From IMG/VR virus record IMGVR_UViG_3300044954_000145, positions 1-38,459 of that record: a stretch of 38,459 nt of DNA; one strand, written 5' to 3'. Source of the DNA: a virus (lineage: Duplodnaviria; Caudoviricetes). Position numbers and translations under genes: made by a program. Shown here piece after piece: positions 1 to 9,357 of this stretch (position 1 is its first letter; every line of letters begins with the position of its first letter). The notes under the pieces are model-generated. The model did not search any database and was not told the DNA's origin. It saw only the letters and a list, made by a program, of their open reading frames with translations.

Positions 1-2
1 CG

Positions 3-929
3 TCGCTGCCGGAGCGCACGCCGTTCCAAGACCCGGACAGCGGCCTCACGTTCATGTTCGTGCGCTCGATCCTAGCCGAGAACCAGGGGCTCAAGAACCA
101 CGAGCAGTACGTGCGCAACCTCATGCTGGCCACGCGCGGCAACGAGCCGCTGCGCCGGGCCTGGATGAAGGGCGACTGGAACGTCGTTGCCGGCGCCTTC
201 TTCAGCGAGTGGGACGAGGACATCCACGTGCTCAAGACGTTCATGCCGCCGCCGCATTGGCCCCGGTTCACGTCGAGCGACTGGGGCTCGGCGAAGCCAT
301 TCTCGACCGGTTGGTACGCCATCTGCCCGGAGGCGCTCTTCTGGAAGAACGCGAGGGGCGAGAAGATGTACGTGCCGCGCGGGGCGATCGTGCGCTACCG
401 CGAGCTTTACGGGTGCGACGAGACGAAGCATAACGTCGGAGTCAAGTGGAGTGTGCCCAAGTGGGCGAAGCGCGTCGTCGAGCTATCAGAGAACGAGAAG
501 ATCGAGTACCACGCTGCCGACCCGGCGATGTTCAGCGAGGACGGCGGCCCATCGCTCGCGGAGCAGGCGTGGCGTGACGGAAAGCTGCCGCTCACCAAGG
601 CGGACAACAAGCGCATCCCTGGGTGGAATCAGGTGCGCTATCGACTCGATCACTCGGAGTCGAGCCCGATGGCGTTCGTCACCGAGAACTGCATGCACTT
701 CCGGCGCACGGTGCCGGCGTTGCAGCACGACAAGCTGAAGCTCGAAGACGTGGACACCGATGGCGAGGACCACGTGGGCGACGAGTTCCGGTATGCTTGC
801 ATGAGCCGGCCGATCCTCCGCAGTTCGGAGAAGAGCGCGCCGGAGAAGTGGGGTTCGCAGTTGACGTACGACCAGTTGATCAAACTCTCAGAGCAGAACG
901 AGAGGGCGAGATCAAAATACAGAGCATAG
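3..929 (+). CDS. terL: Terminase large subunit, C-terminal nuclease part (5'-truncated by window)
   Basis: Frame is open from position 3. RNase H-like terminase motifs SDWGSAKPF, ADPAMF, ADNKRIPGW and EDHVGDEFRY. Lies upstream of portal. Confidence 0.9.
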   Translation, partial: SLPERTPFQDPDSGLTFMFVRSILAENQGLKNHEQYVRNLMLATRGNEPLRRAWMKGDWNVVAGAFFSEWDEDIHVLKTFMPPPHWPRFTSSDWGSAKPFSTGWYAICPEALFWKNARGEKMYVPRGAIVRYRELYGCDETKHNVGVKWSVPKWAKRVVELSENEKIEYHAADPAMFSEDGGPSLAEQAWRDGKLPLTKADNKRIPGWNQVRYRLDHSESSPMAFVTENCMHFRRTVPALQHDKLKLEDVDTDGEDHVGDEFRYACMSRPILRSSEKSAPEKWGSQLTYDQLIKLSEQNERARSKYRA

Positions 930-938
930 GAGACAGGC

Positions 939-1229
939 ATGGCTAAGGCAGAGGAAACAAACAAGGACGCAACAATCAAGCGGGTCTTGGGGATGTACCT
1001 GGAGCAAAGGAAGAAGCACTCCGAGGTGGTGTACAAGTTCGAGGCGGCGAAGCAGGCGGCGGAACACTCTACTAAGGTGTTAGAGGCTACGGCCGCCAAG
1101 ACGCACCGGGAGTTGTCGAAGTTCGGCGAGAAGATCTACGTCCTGGGCGACAAGGCGTTCGTCGTGACCGCTGCCGGCATTCGCGAGGTTGCGATGTATG
1201 AAGTGAACAAGGGACCAGTAGACTACTAG
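939..1229 (+). CDS. Hypothetical protein
   Basis: AGGAGA Shine-Dalgarno (SD) before ATG; tightly packed after terL. Confidence 0.7.
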   Translation: MAKAEETNKDATIKRVLGMYLEQRKKHSEVVYKFEAAKQAAEHSTKVLEATAAKTHRELSKFGEKIYVLGDKAFVVTAAGIREVAMYEVNKGPVDY

Positions 1230-1751
1230 ATGGACGACAAAGCCGAGAAGGAGTTGGTGCGGGAGATCGTCGAGACCGAGCGCGATCAGGACGAGATCAC
1301 CGGCTATGTCGCGCAGTGGGTGGCGCGCAATCCCAGGCCGAAGGTGTCGATCGACGTTCTCGCGAACATGAAGGACATCTGGCCGCGCGTCGAGGCGTGG
1401 ACCGACAAGGTGTTCTGGGACGGCGACAACGGCAGGCGTGCGTACATCTTGACGTTCGATGGCACGTTCGCCGGCACTCGCTTGCTCGGCAACACGCTCG
1501 GCGGAGACCCGATCCTGGCGATGGCCGGCAGTGAGGACGAGGCGCGCAGGCTTGCCTATAGCGGCATCCAGGACACGATCGAGGCGGCACGCCGGCACTA
1601 CTTCCTCCAGGAGGGCACGATCGTCAGGGACCCGCGCGAGGACGGCTACGACGTGGACGTGGGCGGCAGGCGCCTGCAACATGACCCGTTCGGGCGGCCG
1701 GACAACCGGATGGCGCGCATCATCAACGACGTGCTCAAGAAGTCGAACTGA
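1230..1751 (+). CDS. Hypothetical protein
   Basis: 173-aa ORF abutting the upstream stop, phage-like codon usage. Confidence 0.7.
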   Translation: MDDKAEKELVREIVETERDQDEITGYVAQWVARNPRPKVSIDVLANMKDIWPRVEAWTDKVFWDGDNGRRAYILTFDGTFAGTRLLGNTLGGDPILAMAGSEDEARRLAYSGIQDTIEAARRHYFLQEGTIVRDPREDGYDVDVGGRRLQHDPFGRPDNRMARIINDVLKKSN

Positions 1752-2035
1752 TGCGGGTCATGGGGTTCTCGATCGATCCGGGCCCGCTGCCGTTCACGAC
1801 CGTGCGTGGCGAGAAGTGGGCCTGCCGGCTCACGGTCGGCGACCTTGTGCAGGTCCGGGGCGAGCATGGATGCACGCTCCCCAAGCAGGCCGCGAGGGTC
1901 GTCTCGATCGTCGAGGGGGTGTCGATGCCGCCTGAATTGGCAGACCATTACGGCGGCCAGCGGTGCTGCGCGGTGTCCTTGGTAGCGGTCCCGGCGGACG
2001 ATCCCGAGCTTGCCCGGTCATCCTGGCCGGTTTGA
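1751..2035 (+). CDS. Hypothetical protein
   Basis: TGATG stop/start overlap with the previous gene. Confidence 0.6.
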   Translation: MRVMGFSIDPGPLPFTTVRGEKWACRLTVGDLVQVRGEHGCTLPKQAARVVSIVEGVSMPPELADHYGGQRCCAVSLVAVPADDPELARSSWPV

Positions 2036-2060
2036 CACCTTGGGGCGATCGGGGTTAATG
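2032..2060 (+). promoter_or_regulatory. Putative sigma-70 promoter (TTGACA ... GTTAAT/TTAATG)
   Basis: Perfect -35 at 2032-2037 and a weak -10 16-17 nt downstream, ahead of a ~160-nt non-coding leader. Confidence 0.4.
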
Positions 2061-2219
2061 TGCCGCCGGTTGCTGGCGGCGCCTTCCTCTCGGTCCTCCT
2101 CCCTGAGCCCGTCCCGGCGTTTGCCGGCAACCTCCCCAACCGGGAGGGGCCATACCCGGTGACGCAGCAGGATCGTCGTCTTCCTGCGGGTTCGGGCCTT
2201 TCCCGACTAGGAGCAAAGC

Positions 2220-2810
2220 ATGTCTCTGAAGATGAAATCCCTTGGCACGTTGTCCAGTGCCGCACTGTCCGGCGTTCTCATCACGTCTGGCACGAACGCC
2301 ACGCCGATCGTGGCAACCGTTACCGCAGGTCACCGCTTGCGTAACACCGAGCGTATCGGCATTGCGGGCGTCACCGGCTTGACCTCGATGAACGGCGACT
2401 GGACGATCTCGTCCGTAGGTGCAACGTCGGCAACGCTGAACGGTTCTGCCGGCAACGGCACGTTCGGCGGCACGGCAGCGGTCACGCTCGTCTGCGATCG
2501 TACGCCCTTCCTCCCCAACCACTCGGCAGTGTTGATTGCCGGCGACCTCGGTGTCGCTGCGATCTTCATCGGCACCGTGCTCTTCGAGACGGCGGACAAC
2601 CGTGACGCGACGCAGTATTACTACACCAACTCGTCTGGCGTTGCGACCGCTGGCTTCCGCGACGGCTTGCTTTCGGGCGAAATCGCGATCCCGGCGCAGA
2701 CCGTGGTGGGTGGTGGCTCGTGCCACGTCGAGGTTCGCCTCGACAAGTACGTCAAGCTCCGTTGCTCGGCGTACACCTCCGGCACGATCCAGGGAGCATT
2801 GATGTCGTGA
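2220..2810 (+). CDS. Putative virion structural or decoration protein, beta-rich with an E1-FCCH-like repeat unit
   Basis: AGGAG SD; Gly/Thr/Ala-rich sequence (NATPIVATVTAGHRL...IAGVTGLTSMNGDWTI) typical of phage structural beta-domains. Confidence 0.6.
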   Translation: MSLKMKSLGTLSSAALSGVLITSGTNATPIVATVTAGHRLRNTERIGIAGVTGLTSMNGDWTISSVGATSATLNGSAGNGTFGGTAAVTLVCDRTPFLPNHSAVLIAGDLGVAAIFIGTVLFETADNRDATQYYYTNSSGVATAGFRDGLLSGEIAIPAQTVVGGGSCHVEVRLDKYVKLRCSAYTSGTIQGALMS

Positions 2811-3211
2811 TAGGCGACTCCCTGAAGAAGGCAGCGGCGCTTGAGCCCATCTCGGCGTCGCTGACTTTTGACGGTGTCACCAATCTGATCCAGGACATCA
2901 AGCGCAAGTTTGGGTGGACTCCGAAAGCGATCGTGCTGTCGTATCGCGATCGGCGTTCACTCAACTGCGACACCATGGGTCAGTCAACAACGCCGGTTCT
3001 TCTGGCGGACCAGAACAAGGATGACATGTGCATAGCGTATGTCGAGGGCGTGATGGTCGGTTGGAATAGAAACGTGCGAGACGGGCACTGCGTGATCATT
3101 CCGAATGAACAGGGATCTGGGATCCACTCCAGACCGCTTGTTGACAAGGAAGACGAATGGCCGAGCAAGACGGAACCGCAGAAGCAAAACTCGGATCTCC
3201 TGATCCACTAA
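2807..3211 (+). CDS. Hypothetical protein
   Basis: GTGA overlap with the previous stop gives a GTG start at 2807 within ORF 2720..3211. Confidence 0.6.
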   Translation: MIGDSLKKAAALEPISASLTFDGVTNLIQDIKRKFGWTPKAIVLSYRDRRSLNCDTMGQSTTPVLLADQNKDDMCIAYVEGVMVGWNRNVRDGHCVIIPNEQGSGIHSRPLVDKEDEWPSKTEPQKQNSDLLIH

Positions 3212-5424
3212 CCGAGGCGGCCATCAAGAGATGGTCTGAGCGCATTCAGCGGGCGGACTCGCTCGTCAAGGATAAGCTCACGACCATTCTCCAGAATCGA
3301 AAGTACGTCCGAGGTCAGGCGCACGATGACGGTGCGCCCGGCCTTGTCCGTACCAACATGATCTTCTCGACGATGGCGACGCAGATCCCGCACATTTACG
3401 CGAAGGATCCCGATGTCATAGTCGCACCGGTCGAGCACGTCGATCCTGTTGGGTACGAGTCGGTCAAGAAGTTCGCCAAGACGGCGGAGCTTGTACTTCG
3501 CCGCAAGGTGATCATGGAGTGCAAGATCAAGCGGCGCCTGAAGTCCAACATCCGCTCGATCCTGACGACTGGCGAGGGTTGGCTCAAGATGGTCTACCAC
3601 AAGGACCTGGGGAGCGACCCGATCACCCGTACGCGCATGCGGGACCTGCAAGACAACCTGCGCTCGGTCGACTACCTCATGTCGACACTGAAGAGCGAGG
3701 CGGACGTTGAGGCCGCCAAGAAGAACAAGTTCGAGCTACTGCGCCAGATGGAAGCGCTCAAGGCGCAGGCGGATCCGTCGAAGTGGTCCGGGTTCGTGAT
3801 CGATCGTATTCTCACCGAGGACATCCGCATCCTGGATGACTCCATAACCGACTTTGACGACTATGCTCAGGCTCGCGCGATCTCACATGACATTTGGATG
3901 TCTGACGAAGAGTTCCAACGGACGTTTAATTACAAGCCCACGGGTACGAGCTATCAAAACGAGCAACTCCCGCATCGCTTACGTCGTGCGGACGCTGCGG
4001 CGACCAACGTATCGTGGCGCCGGGTACATGAGATCTGGGATCTCGACACGACGACTGTTTACACCATGTGCAGTGGCGAGAAGCGGTGGGCGCGTCCGCC
4101 GTACATCCCGCAGCACCTTCCGCACCGGTTCTATCCGTTCTATTGTGATTCGTTCTTTCCGGTCGATGGGGAGTGGTCTCCGCTTGATCTAGTGCGGCTC
4201 ATGCGTGAGTTGCAGGACGAGTACAACAGGACCCGCACGACCTACGCCGAGCACCGCGAGGACTCGCTGCCGGTCCGCATCGTGAGGCAGGGAGGCTCGA
4301 TCACGCCGGATGACGTTGCGCGCATCCGCGATCGCAAGCCGCGCGAGATCATCGTCGTTAACGGTAACGGCCAGGGCAACGCTCTCGGCAACGACATGGG
4401 TCACTTGCCGAATATACCGTTGCAACCCGAGATGTACGACGTGAGCCAGATCAGGGCGGACATGGACCTCGTGTCCGGCACGCCCGACGCGAGCCGTGGC
4501 AACCTGACCGAGGCGAAGACCGCGACCGAGGCAACCATTCTCCAGGAAGGCATGGCGTCACGCATCAACGACATGCGGGACTCGGTCGAGGAATTGCTGA
4601 CCGACATGCTGCGCGATAGCTTGGAAGTGCTCTGCCAATGCATGCCGATCGAGGAAGTGGTGGAGATCGCGGGCCCCGGCGCCGTCTGGCCCGAACTGTC
4701 ACGCGATCAGGTGTACCGTCTGGTGCAAGTCTCGATCCGGGGCGGCAGCACGGCGAAGCCGAACAAGCAGCGCGAGCGCGAGCAGTGGGCGGAGATGCTG
4801 CCCGTCCTGCGCGAGTTCGTGATGAGCATCAACGAGGTGCTCATGTCCGGCAACTCGCAACTTGCCCAGGCAATGATCACGCTCCTGAAGGAGACGTTGA
4901 TCCGCTTTGACGAGCGGTTAGACATCCAGGCTATCCTGCCCTTTGCCGGCCAGGACGGTCAGGGGATCGACACGACCGCGATGCAGGCGGCGCAACAGGT
5001 CCCGCAACTACAGCAGCAGTTGCAGCAGGCGAGCGAGTACATCACTCAACTCGAAGAGCAGTTGCGGGCGGGCCAGCAGCAGATCGCTGACAAGTCTGCC
5101 GAGATGGATCTGCGCCGGCAGGAGTCGCAGGACAAGCTCGAACTTGCGCGCGAGAGCGCCAGCATGGAGAACGAGCGCAAGCAGCAGGAGGCGGCCGCCA
5201 AGCTCAACATCGATGCCGAGCGCGAGAACCGCGACTGGATGGACAACATGCTGGCGCGGATCGAGCAACGAATCGCGCAGGCAGGCGAGCAGGGCGAGAG
5301 GGCCGCGACGGAAAACGGGCGGGCGAACGACACCGCTGCGTTGACGCAGGCCTTGAAGACGATGCAAGAGATGCTCGTGAGCATGCGTAATGGCAGGCCG
5401 AGCGAGATGGAACAAAACGCATAG
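3157..5424 (+). CDS. Portal protein (podovirus, P22-like, with C-terminal coiled coil)
   Basis: 755 aa; lies between terL and scaffold; KTATEATIL motif; Gln-rich C-terminal coiled coil. Confidence 0.85.
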   Translation: MAEQDGTAEAKLGSPDPLTEAAIKRWSERIQRADSLVKDKLTTILQNRKYVRGQAHDDGAPGLVRTNMIFSTMATQIPHIYAKDPDVIVAPVEHVDPVGYESVKKFAKTAELVLRRKVIMECKIKRRLKSNIRSILTTGEGWLKMVYHKDLGSDPITRTRMRDLQDNLRSVDYLMSTLKSEADVEAAKKNKFELLRQMEALKAQADPSKWSGFVIDRILTEDIRILDDSITDFDDYAQARAISHDIWMSDEEFQRTFNYKPTGTSYQNEQLPHRLRRADAAATNVSWRRVHEIWDLDTTTVYTMCSGEKRWARPPYIPQHLPHRFYPFYCDSFFPVDGEWSPLDLVRLMRELQDEYNRTRTTYAEHREDSLPVRIVRQGGSITPDDVARIRDRKPREIIVVNGNGQGNALGNDMGHLPNIPLQPEMYDVSQIRADMDLVSGTPDASRGNLTEAKTATEATILQEGMASRINDMRDSVEELLTDMLRDSLEVLCQCMPIEEVVEIAGPGAVWPELSRDQVYRLVQVSIRGGSTAKPNKQREREQWAEMLPVLREFVMSINEVLMSGNSQLAQAMITLLKETLIRFDERLDIQAILPFAGQDGQGIDTTAMQAAQQVPQLQQQLQQASEYITQLEEQLRAGQQQIADKSAEMDLRRQESQDKLELARESASMENERKQQEAAAKLNIDAERENRDWMDNMLARIEQRIAQAGEQGERAATENGRANDTAALTQALKTMQEMLVSMRNGRPSEMEQNA

Positions 5425-5432
5425 AGGGCACA

Positions 5433-6464
5433 ATGGATCCAGAAGTAGCAGGAGCAGTCCCAGGAGTGGCGCCAGCGGCGGACACTACACCCGCACCCGC
5501 GCCGGCAAGCGCACCGAGTGAAGCCGTCGAGCAGGGCTCGATGGTCGATGCCGTCAAGTCTGCTGTCCTTCCGACGGAGGCGAAAGTCGATGAGACCAAC
5601 CAACCCGGCGATGCGAGTGCTGGCGCAGCAGACAAGAAACCGGGCGGCAAACCGGCAAAGAAGAATGATCTGGACTTCATGGCGCCCATGGGCCTTGGGC
5701 CTGATGGGCAAGCCCGCTTCGCCCGTCTTGTTGAGCGCACCCGGTCTGCTGAGGGTGCGTTGCAGGGCATGCGCAACGACTATGAAGCCGTAAAGCGCGA
5801 CCTAGACGACATCAACAGCATGTTCAAGGAGTCGGGCGCGACCAAGGAGTCGCTGAACGTCTTCCTGGACTACACGAGCAAGGCAAGCTCCGGCGACCTG
5901 GAAGGGGCGCGTGCGGTCCTGGTGCGCGAGCTTAAGGCGATCGACCTTCACCTGGGACGGTCCGAGGGCCAGGAGATCAACCCGCTCGAAGACTACCCGG
6001 ACCTGTCGGAAGCCGTCGATGGCATGAGCATGACCCGCGAGCACGCGATGGAGATGGCTCGGCTACGGCAGCGTGAAGACGGCATGAGGCGTTCCCAGGA
6101 CGAAGCCCGCTCCCGGCAGGAAGCCGAGGCGGCCGCCAAGGCAGAGGAAGAGGCGGCCCAGAAGGACATCCTGGCCTGGGCTAACGGCATGCGCGAGTCG
6201 GACATCGATTTTGTCGCGGCGCACAAGAAGTTGCTGCCGCTCATCGACGACATCGTTGGGAGCAAGGAATTCACGCCTAAGCAGTGGTTGCCACAACTGA
6301 AATTGGCGTATAAAGTGCTGAAGTCGAACCCATCACTCGACCCGTCGCCCGGCAGTAGCGGACCTCGGCCATTACGCCCCAGTGGGGGTGCAAGGCTCTC
6401 GGAGGCGCCCGCCAGTCTGTTCGATGCGGTCAAGTCAGGCGTTCGGCAGAGCAGAGGGTTGTAA
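5433..6464 (+). CDS. Capsid scaffolding protein
   Basis: Acidic/Pro/Ala-rich disordered N-terminus, coiled-coil core; lies between portal and capsid. Confidence 0.7.
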   Translation: MDPEVAGAVPGVAPAADTTPAPAPASAPSEAVEQGSMVDAVKSAVLPTEAKVDETNQPGDASAGAADKKPGGKPAKKNDLDFMAPMGLGPDGQARFARLVERTRSAEGALQGMRNDYEAVKRDLDDINSMFKESGATKESLNVFLDYTSKASSGDLEGARAVLVRELKAIDLHLGRSEGQEINPLEDYPDLSEAVDGMSMTREHAMEMARLRQREDGMRRSQDEARSRQEAEAAAKAEEEAAQKDILAWANGMRESDIDFVAAHKKLLPLIDDIVGSKEFTPKQWLPQLKLAYKVLKSNPSLDPSPGSSGPRPLRPSGGARLSEAPASLFDAVKSGVRQSRGL

Positions 6465-6574
6465 GGCCGCCCGACAGGGTGTCCTCCGGCTTAGGCCGGG
6501 CCGGCCCACCACCGGCAGACCGTATTGAGGCTCGTCCCCTCGTGTGTTGTTTATTTCAACCATGAGGGGAAGTC

Positions 6575-7078
6575 TTGCCTCGCAAACTCAAGCCAGTGCG
6601 TGCCTGCACCAGATGCGGCTCGACGACCAACGAGTTCTACAAGTGCTCGCGGGTGTCGGACGGTAAAACGTCTTGGTGTAAGCCCTGCTTTCGTTCGTAC
6701 CGGGATGTTGCTCACCAGCAGTATCCGGGGAGAAAGCGACGCCAAGCAGAAATGGCGGCGCGGTGGCAGAGGGAAAATCCTGAAAAGGTTGTGGCTCGGG
6801 TCCGGAAGTATCAAAAGGCCCATCCCGAGCGGTGTGAGCGCGTGCGCACTCGAAGGCACCTGTCAGACAGGCAACCTTCGTGGGCGAACAAGTTCATCAT
6901 TGCCGAGTGCTACGACCTAGCGCGCCGACGCACCAAACTTCTCGGTGAGAAGTGGGTCGTCGACCACATTGTCCCGCTCACGCACCCGCTCGTATGCGGG
7001 TTGCACGTGGAGGCAAATCTCAGGGTTGTTCCTCACCGAGTGAACGCGGCTAAAGGCAACTCCTTCAGCATTCTCTAG
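6575..7078 (+). CDS. HNH homing-type endonuclease with N-terminal Zn-finger
   Basis: CTRC and CKPC pairs; VDHIVPL..VCGLHVEANL..N..K.N HNH motif; TTG start after GAGGGG SD. Confidence 0.9.
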   Translation: MPRKLKPVRACTRCGSTTNEFYKCSRVSDGKTSWCKPCFRSYRDVAHQQYPGRKRRQAEMAARWQRENPEKVVARVRKYQKAHPERCERVRTRRHLSDRQPSWANKFIIAECYDLARRRTKLLGEKWVVDHIVPLTHPLVCGLHVEANLRVVPHRVNAAKGNSFSIL

Positions 7079-7088
7079 GAGAGCAATC

Positions 7089-8141
7089 ATTCCTTTCACA
7101 GCACAAGAAATTATCGATGCCGGCAAGGCGGCACTCGATTTTTTCGTCAAGAACACGCCGATCGATCAGGTCGGAATGGAACGCCCACTGTTCAAGTCGC
7201 TGTCAGCAGACAAGCCGACGGCACCGGGCGCCAAGCAGTACATCGTCGAGCAATTGCGCAAGACGTACGCCAGCAACTTCCAGTGGTTCAACGGCTCGAC
7301 CGTCGTCACCTACAACAGGCGGCAGACGTTGGAGCAAGCGCAGTACCCCTGGCGTTCGGCGCACGATGGGTTCTCCCTCGACGAAGATCGCTTGATCCAG
7401 CACGGGATCAAGGTCAGCGACGACGGTCCTGGCGAATCTGCCAGCGATGCCGAGGTCATGCAGTTGACCAACCTCCTGAAGGAGCAGTTGGAGGTTCTGA
7501 AGCTCGGCTTCGTCGAGCAGTTCTCGATCGCGCTACACCTGGACGGCACGTCGTCTACGGATGCAGTCGAGGGCCTGGACAAGATCATTAGCTTCACGAC
7601 CACGTCCGGGACGGTTGGCGGCATCAACAAGGCAACGGAAATCTGGTGGCGTAATGACGCGCGCACCGGCTTGACGTTCGCGACTGCCGCCGGCACGATC
7701 GTTGACCAGATGGAGCTTGCGCGTCGCGCCTGCATTCGTAATGGCGGTAGCGGCCCGTTCGCGATCATCGCGGGATCGACGTTCTACGATGCGTACCGGA
7801 CCTTCAACTCTGTTAACTTTGGTCGGATGGACTTCACGCCGAACCAGAAGCGGCAGATCGATGCCGGCACCAACAAGCTCATGTTCTGGGGCGACGAGAT
7901 GATGTGGAGTCCGGAGTTTTCCGTTCTCGACGGTCTCGGTGTTGTGTCGCCGGTCTGGGAGAAGCGTTGCTACTTCCTGAACATGCGTCACCTGAAACTG
8001 CGCCCGATCGAGGGCCAGGACATGATCACTCGTAAACCTCCGCGTGCGTACGACAAGTACGAGTATTACTGGGGTATCACGTGGCGCGGCGCGATGACGT
8101 GTAATCGTTTGAACGCTCATTCTGCATTGGGTGTCGTGTAA
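7089..8141 (+). CDS. Major capsid protein (probable ATT start at 7089; first ATG at 7176)
   Basis: AGGAGAG SD at 7077-7083, then in-frame ATT CCT TTC ACA GCA CAA GAA; follows scaffold; followed by a terminator; podovirus capsid-like C-terminus (ITWRGAMTCNRLNAH). Confidence 0.85.
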   Translation: MPFTAQEIIDAGKAALDFFVKNTPIDQVGMERPLFKSLSADKPTAPGAKQYIVEQLRKTYASNFQWFNGSTVVTYNRRQTLEQAQYPWRSAHDGFSLDEDRLIQHGIKVSDDGPGESASDAEVMQLTNLLKEQLEVLKLGFVEQFSIALHLDGTSSTDAVEGLDKIISFTTTSGTVGGINKATEIWWRNDARTGLTFATAAGTIVDQMELARRACIRNGGSGPFAIIAGSTFYDAYRTFNSVNFGRMDFTPNQKRQIDAGTNKLMFWGDEMMWSPEFSVLDGLGVVSPVWEKRCYFLNMRHLKLRPIEGQDMITRKPPRAYDKYEYYWGITWRGAMTCNRLNAHSALGVV

Positions 8142-8162
8142 CTCGTGTGTTGTGCCTGTTTT

Positions 8163-8189
8163 GGGGGAGGTAACCCCTCCCCCTTTTTT
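8163..8189 (+). terminator. Rho-independent terminator after the capsid gene
   Basis: GGGGGAGG-TAACC-CCTCCCCC stem-loop followed by TTTTTT. Confidence 0.85.
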
Positions 8190-8215
8190 GGCACGCAAAG
8201 AAAAGGGGTGTGACA

Positions 8216-8710
8216 ATGAAATGGAAACGGGCACTAATCGAAGTAAAGCGTGGACCGATGTCGTCCACGGTCAAGACGGTTCCGCCTTGGGAGATCGCTG
8301 TCCTGCGTGAGGTGCATGGGGACGGGAACGTGAACATGCTTCGCGAGGAAGAGGCGATCGAGCACGCCCAGAGGTTGAACATTATGGACGATGCAGAGAT
8401 CGAGGACATCCCGACGGAGTACGAGCGTCTAGCCGTCCTGTACGGCCTGCATAGGGACGTGAAGATCACGAACGTCGAGAAGGTCTACGGTCCGCTGTCC
8501 GACGGTCGGTTCGAGCGCGCCGTGCGCGCGGCGTGCACCGGGGACTACGAGTCTGCTGAGGCCGAGGCACGCAACACGCCCGCGCCGGTCCCGATCGAGC
8601 AGTTGCGAGATCAGGCGGACAGTCTCGGGATCGACTGGGACCCGGCAACGACTCCACGAGTCTTGCGGGCGTTGATCGCTGACGCGCTCGAAGACAAGGC
8701 GGCAGCGTAA
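8216..8710 (+). CDS. Hypothetical head-associated protein
   Basis: AAGGGG SD; position immediately after capsid; small helical C-terminal module. Confidence 0.7.
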   Translation: MKWKRALIEVKRGPMSSTVKTVPPWEIAVLREVHGDGNVNMLREEEAIEHAQRLNIMDDAEIEDIPTEYERLAVLYGLHRDVKITNVEKVYGPLSDGRFERAVRAACTGDYESAEAEARNTPAPVPIEQLRDQADSLGIDWDPATTPRVLRALIADALEDKAAA

Positions 8711-9357
8711 TGGTCTACCGGACGCTTCAGGACCTGCGCACCGAGCTACAGGCTCGGCTTGGTTTTGGCGCGGCCGGCGCCGGGCTCGGTGTGTCCCAAG
8801 TGATCTTTAACTCTTTCCTGCGTCAGGCCCAGTCTGAGTTGTATTGGCAGGCCGCCTGGGCCGAGCTACGAGGGCGAGAGGACATCACAATCGGTGTCGG
8901 CCAGACCTTGGTCGACTACCCGACGGCAGCGAACCCGCAGCGGATCGAGGACATCTACGTGCAGGTCAACGGCACGTGGATCCCGGTCGCTGAAGGGATC
9001 GACAAGAATCTGTACACGACCGTCGACAGTCGGAACTACCCGAACTTCTACGAGCGATTGAGCCAGTTGGAGTTCTGGCCAGAGGCGGACCAGATCTACA
9101 CGATCCGGGTCTGGTACTACAAGCCGCTCGATCCGTTCGATGACGATGCCGATCGGGCGACGATCAACGACGACATCGTGTTCGCGAGGGCGCTCGGGAT
9201 TGCCAAGAAGCACTACCGGCACCCGGATGCTGACGACGCGATCGCGAGCGCTAACTCGATGCTCGACGGTGCCAAGGGTGGCGCCTGGAGACAGAAGGTG
9301 TTCAAACCTGAGCGCAGGCCTTACGACTTGCCGCTCGCCAAGCCAAGGGTGGTGTGA
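8710..9357 (+). CDS. Head-to-tail adaptor (tail tubular protein A-like)
   Basis: TLQDLRTELQARLG N-terminus and LEFWPEADQIYTIRVWY motif; gene order. Confidence 0.75.
   Translation: MVYRTLQDLRTELQARLGFGAAGAGLGVSQVIFNSFLRQAQSELYWQAAWAELRGREDITIGVGQTLVDYPTAANPQRIEDIYVQVNGTWIPVAEGIDKNLYTTVDSRNYPNFYERLSQLEFWPEADQIYTIRVWYYKPLDPFDDDADRATINDDIVFARALGIAKKHYRHPDADDAIASANSMLDGAKGGAWRQKVFKPERRPYDLPLAKPRVV

Noticed and set aside
6560-7091. Group I intron interrupting the capsid start and carrying the HNH
   Set aside because: The HNH ORF fills the interval, leaving no room for a ribozyme core. There is no terminal G before CCT TTC, and the capsid has its own SD.
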